From NCBI GenBank assembly GCA_040752415.1, contig JBFMGU010000026.1, positions 1 through 61,290 on the forward strand: a stretch of DNA of 61,290 nt, written 5' to 3'. Source of the DNA: Myxococcota bacterium (GTDB lineage Bacteria > Myxococcota > JACRCW01). Shown here in pieces: positions 32,678 through 40,804 of this stretch. The notes under the pieces are model-generated. The model had not been told where the DNA came from, searched no databases, and saw only the letters and a program-made list of their open reading frames with translations. The position numbers were made by a program, and so were the translations under genes. Positions within the stretch are counted from its first letter, which is position 1; each line of letters begins with the position of its first letter.

Positions 32678-33940
32678 ATGTTCACCACACGACAGAGCTG
32701 TCGGGTCTGCGGATCCACGTCGCTGACGCCGGTCCTCTCACTCGGCGAGCAGCACATTGCCAGCAACTTCTTCATGTCCGCGGACTACCCGCCGCCGCGT
32801 CGTCGCGTGCCGCTGGAGTTGGTTCGCTGCAGCCGCCACCTGGACGAGAAGGCCTGCGGATTCCTGCAGCTCCGTCACACCGTGCACCCGGACCTGCTCT
32901 ACTCCAGCTACGGCTACCGCTCGGGCATCAACCGCACCATGACGGTGCACCTGCAGAAGCTGGCGGCGGAAGTGGAGGCGCAGGTGCGTCCCGGGCCGGA
33001 GGACGTTGTCATCGACATCGGCGCGTCCGACGGCACGCTCCTGCTCGGCTACCAGGCGCGCGGCGTGGCGTACGTGGGTTTCGAGCCATCCAACATCGTC
33101 CCGCCGGAGCCCATCCCGCACGTCCGCTTCATTCGGGACTACTTCTCCGCCGCTTCGTTCCGCGCCGTCATGGGCAACCGCAAGGCCCGCATCATCTCCA
33201 GCGTGGCCATGTTCTATGACATCGACCGGCCGCATGACTTCGTCGCGGACATCGCTTCGCTGCTGCACCAGGACGGCGTGTGGGTGCTGGAGCTGAGCTA
33301 CATGCCCACGATGCTGGAGAAGACGTCGTTTGACACCATCTGCCATGAGCACCTGGGCTACTACAGCCTGGACGTGCTGGAGCGCTTGCTGGAGCCGCAC
33401 GGCCTCAAGGTGGCCGACGCGGAGCTCAACGACTCCAACGGTGGCAGCATCCGTCTCTTCGTCACGCATCGCACCAGCGGCTATGCCCCGCGGGACGGCG
33501 CGCGCGCCCGGTTGCACAAGCTGCGCGTGCTGGAGTTCGACCTCAAGCTGGACATGGATGAGCCGTACGTGGCGTTCGCGGAGCGCGTCTACCAGGTGCG
33601 CGCGGAGCTGCAGGTGCTGCTGCAGGGACTCAAGGCGCGCGGCAAGCGCATCCACGGCTACGGCGCGTCGACGAAGGGAAACGTCATCCTGCAGTTCTGC
33701 AAGCTGGGCCCGGACCTGGTGGAGGCCATTGCGGACCGCAATCCCGCCAAGTGGGGCACGCGCACCGTGGGCAGCGACATTCCCATCATCTCCGAGGACG
33801 AGATGCGCGCGGCGAAGCCGGACTATCTGCTGGTGCTGCCCTATCACTTCCTGCCGGAGTTCAAGGAACGGGAGAAGGCGCTCACCGAGCGGGGCGGCCA
33901 GCTCATCGTCCCCATTCCCAGGCCGGAGGTGGTTGCCTGA
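32678..33940 (+). CDS. NDP-hexose C-methyltransferase (zinc-binding N-terminus, TcaB9/NovU-type)
   Basis: CRVCGS..LGEQ, DIGASDG, FDTICHEHLGYY, GGSIR, GYGASTKGN, DRNPAKWG. Confidence 0.88.
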   Translation: MFTTRQSCRVCGSTSLTPVLSLGEQHIASNFFMSADYPPPRRRVPLELVRCSRHLDEKACGFLQLRHTVHPDLLYSSYGYRSGINRTMTVHLQKLAAEVEAQVRPGPEDVVIDIGASDGTLLLGYQARGVAYVGFEPSNIVPPEPIPHVRFIRDYFSAASFRAVMGNRKARIISSVAMFYDIDRPHDFVADIASLLHQDGVWVLELSYMPTMLEKTSFDTICHEHLGYYSLDVLERLLEPHGLKVADAELNDSNGGSIRLFVTHRTSGYAPRDGARARLHKLRVLEFDLKLDMDEPYVAFAERVYQVRAELQVLLQGLKARGKRIHGYGASTKGNVILQFCKLGPDLVEAIADRNPAKWGTRTVGSDIPIISEDEMRAAKPDYLLVLPYHFLPEFKEREKALTERGGQLIVPIPRPEVVA

Positions 33941-34043
33941 CGTCCCCGTGGTGTCGTCGTCGGGAGCGCGGCGCTCGCTCTGCTGGGTCAGCGTCGCCGT
34001 CGTCCCCTTGCGGCCCGGGACGAACGGGGGCAGCGTCGCACCC

Positions 34044-35204
34044 ATGGCCTCCGTCGACGAACACGAGATGAGCGGGAACGACCCGTCGGCACCGTGGGGC
34101 CAGGTGCGTCGGCGTCTCCTGGGCGCGGCGCAAGCCTGGTACCTGTACCCCGTCTTCGTGTTCCTCCTTTCCAGGCTCACGCTCCTCGGCGTCTCCCACC
34201 TTGGCATTGCCATGGTGATGACCCGCCCACGGTTCGACCAGCTTGAACGGTTCGGGCCGGTCCTCGTCGGGTTTTGTCGTTGGGACTGCCGGTTCTTCGT
34301 CCAGATTGCGGAGCACGGTTACCAGACGGCGGATGAGGCGGCCTTCTTTCCCCTGTTGCCCATCCTGGCTCGCGCCGTGAGCGCGCTTGGCGTGCCGCTG
34401 CACCTTGCGTTGCTGTTTGTCACCAACCTGGCCTGTCTGGGCGCGTTCCTCGTCATCTACCGGATCTTCGAGCAACTGGCGGGAAGGGACGCCGCACGCT
34501 GGGGACTCGCCGCCTACGCCGCCTATCCCACGGGCTTCTTCCTCGGCGCCGTGTACAGCGAGTCGTTGATGGTGTTCTTCACCGCGCTGGCCGCCTGGCT
34601 CAGCATGCATCGACGCCACGTGGTGGCGGCTTTGGCGGTCATGCTGGCGGCGCTCTCGCGTCACGTTGCGTTGGCGGCGGGTGTGTTGCTCCTGGGCGCG
34701 CAGGTGCAGGACCGGCCGGATTTGCGCAGGTTCCTCTTCCACCCGGCGGTGCTCGCCCTGGGGCTCCCCCTGCTCGGGACCGGCGCCTACATGTTCTGGC
34801 TCCACCTGCAGTTCGGCGATCCGTGGATGTGGTACTCGAACCGGCTGGAATACGGGGAGATGGCAACGCTCTCCTTGGCGCAGGTGGTGGCGCGCGGCTT
34901 TCCCGACGTGCGCGTCAGCTACTTCATGCTGTTTGCGTGTCTGCCGCTCCTGGGGACCCTGTCCCTGCTGCGCCGCAAGGAGTGGCTCCCCCTGGGGATG
35001 TTCTCGGCGGCGCTCATGGCCGTGTTCCTGTCCGTTGGCATGTACGCGCTGGGGCGGTTCTCGGTGGCGTGCTGGCCCGCGTTTCTCCCCGTCGGCATTG
35101 CGCTTGCGCGGTACCAGGTCCTGCAGCTGCCGCTCATCATGGGCCTGAGCATCTTCCAGGGCCTGTTCTTCTTCCTGTTCTCCCACGAATTCCACATCCT
35201 CTGA
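34044..35204 (+). CDS. PIG-V-like (Mannosyl_trans2) GT-C mannosyltransferase
   Basis: RWDC.FFVQIAEHGY, AFFPLLP, YSESL motifs; ~10 TM segments. Confidence 0.82.
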   Translation: MASVDEHEMSGNDPSAPWGQVRRRLLGAAQAWYLYPVFVFLLSRLTLLGVSHLGIAMVMTRPRFDQLERFGPVLVGFCRWDCRFFVQIAEHGYQTADEAAFFPLLPILARAVSALGVPLHLALLFVTNLACLGAFLVIYRIFEQLAGRDAARWGLAAYAAYPTGFFLGAVYSESLMVFFTALAAWLSMHRRHVVAALAVMLAALSRHVALAAGVLLLGAQVQDRPDLRRFLFHPAVLALGLPLLGTGAYMFWLHLQFGDPWMWYSNRLEYGEMATLSLAQVVARGFPDVRVSYFMLFACLPLLGTLSLLRRKEWLPLGMFSAALMAVFLSVGMYALGRFSVACWPAFLPVGIALARYQVLQLPLIMGLSIFQGLFFFLFSHEFHIL

Positions 35205-35217
35205 GGTTGGCCCCAGG

Positions 35218-36159
35218 ATGCGCGTCCTCATCACCGGTGTGACAGGGCAGGATGGGCGCTACCTCACCCAGGCGCTGCGCGCGCGCGCCCACCAGGTCTT
35301 TGGCCTCTCTCGTCACGCCGCGCATCCACCCTTCCTCGACGCCGTGCACCTCCGCGTTGGCGACGTGGGCGACCCCACCTTCGTCGACGGCGTGGTGGCC
35401 GAGGTGCGGCCGGAGGCGTGTTATCACCTTGCCGCGCAACACCGTTCCTCCTCGGTGAATGAGGGTGAGGACATGGACGCGGTGATGCGCACCAACTTCC
35501 ACGGCGCGGAGAACCTCCTCTCCTCGCTGCGACGTCACGCGCCGCGCAGTCGCGTGCTCATGGCGTCGTCGTGCCAGGTCTTTGGGGAGCCGCCCACGCC
35601 GTTGCAGTCGGAAGCCACTCCGCGGGATCCCCGCAATGCCTATGCGCTGGCGAAGGTCCTCGCGGAGCAGCTGGCGGAGCATCACCGTCGTCACCTGGGC
35701 ATGTTCGTGTCCACCGCCATCCTGTTCAATCACGAGTCCCCGTGGCGCGGCGGACGCTTTGTGAGCGCGCGCGTGGCCCGGGCCGCGGCGGAGGCGCAAG
35801 CAGGGAAGGGCGGGACGCTGACCTTGGGGAGCCTGCAGAGCCAGGTGGATTGGATGCACGCCCGGGACGCCGTGGAAGGCATGCAGCGCATCCTTTCTGC
35901 CGACGAGCCTGGCGTGTTCGTGGTAGGTACGGGCATGTTGCACACGGTCCGGGAGCTGGCTGAGGTGGCGTTCAACGTGGTGGGACGGGATTGGCGGAAG
36001 CACGTGTGGGAGGACTCTTCGTTGGTCCGTCCGTCGTCGGGTCTGCCGTACGCCGCGGATGCCACGCGCTTGCGCGCCGCCACAGGGTGGTCCCCCAGCA
36101 TCAGCTTTGAGGACATGGTGCGTGAGATGGTGGAGCACCACCTGCGGGAGGCACGGTGA
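35218..36159 (+). CDS. gmd: GDP-mannose 4,6-dehydratase-like extended SDR
   Basis: ITGVTGQDGRYL, YHLAAQ, PRNAYALAK, FNHESPWR, DWMHARD; the usual catalytic Glu position reads Gln (ASSCQ). Confidence 0.75.
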   Translation: MRVLITGVTGQDGRYLTQALRARAHQVFGLSRHAAHPPFLDAVHLRVGDVGDPTFVDGVVAEVRPEACYHLAAQHRSSSVNEGEDMDAVMRTNFHGAENLLSSLRRHAPRSRVLMASSCQVFGEPPTPLQSEATPRDPRNAYALAKVLAEQLAEHHRRHLGMFVSTAILFNHESPWRGGRFVSARVARAAAEAQAGKGGTLTLGSLQSQVDWMHARDAVEGMQRILSADEPGVFVVGTGMLHTVRELAEVAFNVVGRDWRKHVWEDSSLVRPSSGLPYAADATRLRAATGWSPSISFEDMVREMVEHHLREAR

Positions 36160-36926
36160 GCGTCGACGGAACCCCGCGCAAATCCCGCCCCCAGGCCGAG
36201 CTCCTGGTGGTGGTGCCCACGTTCAATGAGGCGGACACGCTGCCGCGTCTCGTCGAGCAGCTGCGCCAGGTGGAGCCCGACGCGGACATCCTCGTCATCG
36301 ACGACAACAGCCCCGACGGTACCGGCCGCGTGGCCGACGAGCTCGCCAGCAAGCACGCGTGCCTGCAGGTCATCCACCGTCCTGGGCGACAGGGCCTGGG
36401 CAGCGCCCACGTCCGCGGCCTGACACACGCCCTGGAGGCCGGGTACCGCGTGGCGGTGACCATGGATTGCGACGGCACCCACGACCCGCGCGCCATCCAG
36501 ATGCTCCTCGGCGCGCTCGCGCATCATGACGCGGACATCGCGGTGGCCTCGCGCTACACGGGTGAGGGCGGGATGTTGGGATGGACGCTGCCGCGTCGGG
36601 TGTTGTCGCGCTCCGCGCACCTGGCCACGCGCGCGTTGTTGGGCATCCACTTCGACGCCACCAACGCCTTCCGCGCCTGGCGGCTCGAGCGGTTGAAGGG
36701 GTTTGACTTCTCCCGCGTGAAGAGCCCCGGCTACGCGTTCATGTTCGAGATGCTCTTCCAGTGTCACCTGGATGGCTTCCACATCGTCGACATGCCAGCG
36801 CGCCTGCCCATCCGTCACGCGGGCTATTCCAAGATGTCCAGCGCGGAGATGGTGCGTGGGCTCACCACGTTGGCCAGGTTGACGCGCATCCGCGTGGACC
36901 GGTTGCGCCACGGCGGACGGTCGTGA
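36156..36926 (+). CDS. Polyprenol-monophosphomannose synthase-like GT2 (DPM1-like)
   Basis: VPTFNEADT, IDDNSPDGTG, GLGSA, MDCDGTH, ASRY, DATNAFR. Confidence 0.88.
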   Translation: MSVDGTPRKSRPQAELLVVVPTFNEADTLPRLVEQLRQVEPDADILVIDDNSPDGTGRVADELASKHACLQVIHRPGRQGLGSAHVRGLTHALEAGYRVAVTMDCDGTHDPRAIQMLLGALAHHDADIAVASRYTGEGGMLGWTLPRRVLSRSAHLATRALLGIHFDATNAFRAWRLERLKGFDFSRVKSPGYAFMFEMLFQCHLDGFHIVDMPARLPIRHAGYSKMSSAEMVRGLTTLARLTRIRVDRLRHGGRS

Positions 36927-38740
36927 GCGAGGCGGTGGACCCGGCGGCCGACGTCGCCACCCAGTCCATCTGGCTACAGGACACGCCACTCTCGGAGATG
37001 GGGCTGTTCCAGGACTGGGACTACTTCGCCAGCATGGTGGAGTTCGTGCGCATGATGGTGGTGCAGCACGGCGTCATGCCCCAGTGGGACTTCCTCATCT
37101 GCGTGGGCAAGCCGGAGATGGGCAACCTGCAGAGCTGGACGTGGGGTTGGCCGCTGGTGCTCGGGCTCCTCTTCCCGCCCAACTGGGCACTGATGGTGCT
37201 CTGGCTGCTGCTCACCACGGTGGGCCTCTGCAGCGCCTTCGCGCTCTTCCGTCGCTGGTTCCACGACGTCACCGCGGCACTCACCGGCACGTTGCTCTAC
37301 GCGCTCAGCGGCTACTTCGCGACGCATTTCCACGTGGGACACGTGAGCTTCTCGTTCTTCCACCTGGTCCCGCTGATGATGTTGTGCGCGGAGCACCTGG
37401 CGGAAGCCGAGCTGCAGGGCCGGGCCGCACCCCGCTGGTTCTGGGGCGCGGTGGTGACGAGCTTCGCGTTCTTTAGTGCCGGTCTGCCGCACGCGTTGTT
37501 GCACTTTGCTCCGGTGATGCCGCTCTGTTTCCTCGCCCGGTTGTGGGTGCTGGGACCAGGCGCCGCGACGAGGAGACTGCTTGACGCCGCGGCGTGGGCG
37601 GTGATTCCGCTTGCGTTGGGCGCGTGGATGGCGCTCTACAAGGTGTGGCCTGCATTCGCGTGGCAGCTCAAGGCTCCGCGTGGTGGCGTGGCCATTGAGA
37701 CGCTGGACCTGGCGCAGGTCATTGGCAACACGCTGGTGCCGGTGAGCGGCTTCCCCCACGACGGGGGACTGGGGCGTTTCCAGGGACAGGCCTGGTACCT
37801 CTGGGAGTACGTGGGCTTCATGGGACCGCTGCCCTGGGTCTGCGCGTTGGCGGCCCTTGCTGCGGCGGGGAAGGGCTGGCGCACCTGGGACCGCGGACAA
37901 CGCGCGATTTCCGTCGTGGGCGCGGTGAGCCTGGTGATGGGCGTGTGGCTCTGCCTTGGCAATGGCCATCCGCTCGGCATCGGCCGCGTGTTCGAGCACC
38001 TCCCCATCGTGCGCAGCGTGCGCGCCTTCGGGCGCTATCAGATCCTCGTCGTGTTTGGGCTGGCGGTGCTGAGCGCGCAGTTCCTCTCGCTCCGACGTGA
38101 AACCATGAACGCCACCTGGCGTGCGCTCACGGTTCTCCTCCTGGCTGGCCCGCTCGTCGGGGAGGCCGGGGTCCTGGTGTTCAACGTCGAGGGGCAGCCC
38201 TTCACGCAGACGCGGCGCATCTACGAACTGGAGGGCGTGGCACCCGTCCCCGAGCTGATGGTGCAGCGTCGTCTGCCCTCCGCGTACACCGACCAGCAGT
38301 TGCTCATCCGCCACGGTCACGCCGTCGCCAACTGTTCCGAATCCATGACGCTGCCGCGCATCGACCTGGGGTCCAAGGAGCCCGGCACCCGTGCACCGCT
38401 GACGTTCCCCCCGCCGCTCGCCGTCGAGGAGATGAACGAGGACACGCTGACGCTGCGCGTGCACAACGACCGGGACCTGATCCTGAACATGCCCGCGCAC
38501 GCCCACTACGAGTTCACGCCCGCGCCCGCGGGGCAGATGGGCGGGCACCATGTCTTCGCCGCGCGTGACCTCGCCGGTGGCACACTGCGCATCCACGCGT
38601 CGTCACCGGAGATCCGACAAGGGGCGCTGATGGCGTTGAGCGGCCTGCTGGTCACGCTGGTGGTGGCGCTGTGGAACCAGCGGCGACAACGGATCAGCGG
38701 CCCTGGAACTTCGGCGGACGCTTCTCCGCGAATGCACTGA
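36923..38740 (+). CDS. YfhO-like / GT-C-like integral membrane protein
   Basis: QDWDY..PQWD..C.G.P, LYALSGYFATHFHVGH, WEYVGFMG, RAFGRY; many TM segments plus a periplasmic domain. Confidence 0.65.
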   Translation: MSEAVDPAADVATQSIWLQDTPLSEMGLFQDWDYFASMVEFVRMMVVQHGVMPQWDFLICVGKPEMGNLQSWTWGWPLVLGLLFPPNWALMVLWLLLTTVGLCSAFALFRRWFHDVTAALTGTLLYALSGYFATHFHVGHVSFSFFHLVPLMMLCAEHLAEAELQGRAAPRWFWGAVVTSFAFFSAGLPHALLHFAPVMPLCFLARLWVLGPGAATRRLLDAAAWAVIPLALGAWMALYKVWPAFAWQLKAPRGGVAIETLDLAQVIGNTLVPVSGFPHDGGLGRFQGQAWYLWEYVGFMGPLPWVCALAALAAAGKGWRTWDRGQRAISVVGAVSLVMGVWLCLGNGHPLGIGRVFEHLPIVRSVRAFGRYQILVVFGLAVLSAQFLSLRRETMNATWRALTVLLLAGPLVGEAGVLVFNVEGQPFTQTRRIYELEGVAPVPELMVQRRLPSAYTDQQLLIRHGHAVANCSESMTLPRIDLGSKEPGTRAPLTFPPPLAVEEMNEDTLTLRVHNDRDLILNMPAHAHYEFTPAPAGQMGGHHVFAARDLAGGTLRIHASSPEIRQGALMALSGLLVTLVVALWNQRRQRISGPGTSADASPRMH

Positions 38741-39512
38741 ACGCTTCCTGCAGATCTTCCGAGGCCAGGAAGGCCGAGTTCCACGCCGCCACGTACTCCA
38801 GCCCCTGTTCCGCGGTCCGCCCCGCCGAGGCATTCATCACCCGCTTGATGCCCTGCACCACCAGCGGCGGGTTCTCGGCAATCTGCTGCGCCATCTCCCG
38901 CGCACCCTTGAGCAGCGCGTCGGCGTCGGGAAACACCTCATTCACCAGGTTCATGGCGCGCGCACGCACGGCGTCAATGTCCTTCCCGGTGAACGCCAGC
39001 TCGCGCGTGTTGCCTTCACCAATGATGCGCGGCAGGCGCTGCAGGCTCCCCATGTCCGCCACGATGGCCACCTTCACCTCGCGCAGGCTGAAGCGCGCGT
39101 CGGCGGAGCACAGGCGCACGTCGCACGCGGAGGCCAGGTCCAGCCCGCCGCCAATGCACCACCCGTGCACCGCGGCAATCACCGGCACGCGGCACTCCGC
39201 CACCGCGCCCACGGCGTCCTGCATCCTGCGGATGAGCCGGTGCAGCTGCGTTCGCGCCGCGGGTCCCGCCTGCACATCCAGCAGCGGGCCCAACTCCGGC
39301 GCCATGGCCAACAGGTCCAGCCCCACGCTGAAGGACTTCCCCTCGCCGCGCAGGAGCACCACGCGGACGTTCTCGTCGTCATCCAGGGTGCGGAACAGCT
39401 GGGGGAGCTCACGCCAGAACGCGGGGCCCATGGCGTTGCCCCGGCCCGGGCCGGTGAGCACAACCTCCGCCACCGGCCCGGTGCGTTCCAGCTTTAGTGA
39501 TTCATAGGACAT
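38694..39512 (-). CDS. Crotonase/enoyl-CoA hydratase family (dienoyl-CoA isomerase-like)
   Basis: FSVGLDL, AVHGWCIGGGLDL, EVKVAIVADMGSLQRLP, EKRPPKF. Confidence 0.92.
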   Translation of the reverse strand: MSYESLKLERTGPVAEVVLTGPGRGNAMGPAFWRELPQLFRTLDDDENVRVVLLRGEGKSFSVGLDLLAMAPELGPLLDVQAGPAARTQLHRLIRRMQDAVGAVAECRVPVIAAVHGWCIGGGLDLASACDVRLCSADARFSLREVKVAIVADMGSLQRLPRIIGEGNTRELAFTGKDIDAVRARAMNLVNEVFPDADALLKGAREMAQQIAENPPLVVQGIKRVMNASAGRTAEQGLEYVAAWNSAFLASEDLQEAFSAFAEKRPPKFQGR

Positions 39513-39518
39513 CTTCGT

Positions 39519-40793
39519 TCAGCCCAACAGGGGCAGCTCCTGTCCACCCAGCGGGAAGGCCTTGGCCGCCTCACTCTCCTGCACGCCCGCCAGCTTGCGC
39601 AGCGCCAGGTGCACGTGCTCCGGCGTGACGCGGACGCCGTTGGGATCCTGCTGCAGCGTGGTGGGATTCACGGTGAGCGGGCGGTGGTCTCCGTCGGTGG
39701 CGCCAATCACGCGGTTCCCGACGATGCCCGGGCCCATCATCATCATGCTGGTGATTGACCAGTGATCCTTGCCGTTGGTGCTGTTGTAGCGCGGCGTGCG
39801 ACCGAAGTCGGACCCCATCACCACCACCACCTTGTCCGCCACGCCCTGGCGCTCCGCCTCCGTCATGATGAAGTCCACGCCTTCCAGCATGGCCTGCACG
39901 CGCGGGGTGTGCGTGTCGTCGTGGTTTCCGTGCGTGTCGAACCCGCCGATGTTGAGGTTGGCGCTCACGGAGAGACCCGCCTTGTACGCCGCCAGGGCCA
40001 GCTGCGCCTGCCGACGAAGCGGGTTCTGCGTGTTGTCCAGCGGGTTGGGCAGGTACTCGGTGAGGCGCGCCACGTCGTTCTGGCCCAGGTTGGCGGTGTA
40101 CAGCGTGTTGATGGCGTTCTTGTAGCGCGGGAGGTTCTGGGCGCCCGCCAGCGCCGTCTGACGCGCCGCCCGCGTGGCCAGGATGCGCTCCATGGTCAGC
40201 TGCGAGTGGTAGAGCGACTCCGCGTTGTTGGGATCCACGCGGTTGGGGTACGCAATGCGCGTATACACCGACGGATTCGACGAGCGCGTGGGCGCCACCA
40301 GGCCGGAGGTCACGTCGTAACCGCCGTTGCTGATGAAGCTCATGGGCTTGTCGCGCGCCGCCGCGGACGCCACCAGCGCACCAAAGGACGGGAATCCCTC
40401 AATGAGCTTGCCGCTCCACGTGAAGCGCGAGCCGCTGTCATGTCCGTTGGTGGCGGTGTCCACGCCGTTGATGACCAGCAGGCGCTGGTAATACTTCTCG
40501 AAGAACGCTTCGTTCCCGCCAATGGGCGCATAGCGGATGGGCGAAGAGCCGCCGCCGGCGGTGCGGATGTCCGCCGCCAGGTAGTTGCGGTTCATCGGGT
40601 TCTGCTCGTCGGCGCTCTGCGCGCCCTTGGGGTCGCAGAAGCCGGTGGGATCCCAGCCGCCGCTGGCGTTCACCAGGATCCAGAACGTCCCCGTGTAGGG
40701 CTCCGCACGAAGCTTGCGGGTGGCAAACGGTGCCACCACCGCCAGACCTGCCGCTGCCGCGGCCTTCAGGAAATCACGACGATCCATGGTCAT
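39519..40793 (-). CDS. Tat-exported DUF1501-family protein
   Basis: DRRDFLK Tat motif; GGWD, GGFDTH, SDFGRTP, GKDHW. Confidence 0.85.
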   Translation of the reverse strand: MTMDRRDFLKAAAAAGLAVVAPFATRKLRAEPYTGTFWILVNASGGWDPTGFCDPKGAQSADEQNPMNRNYLAADIRTAGGGSSPIRYAPIGGNEAFFEKYYQRLLVINGVDTATNGHDSGSRFTWSGKLIEGFPSFGALVASAAARDKPMSFISNGGYDVTSGLVAPTRSSNPSVYTRIAYPNRVDPNNAESLYHSQLTMERILATRAARQTALAGAQNLPRYKNAINTLYTANLGQNDVARLTEYLPNPLDNTQNPLRRQAQLALAAYKAGLSVSANLNIGGFDTHGNHDDTHTPRVQAMLEGVDFIMTEAERQGVADKVVVVMGSDFGRTPRYNSTNGKDHWSITSMMMMGPGIVGNRVIGATDGDHRPLTVNPTTLQQDPNGVRVTPEHVHLALRKLAGVQESEAAKAFPLGGQELPLLG

Positions 40794-40804
40794 GGCCTTG
40801 GTCC

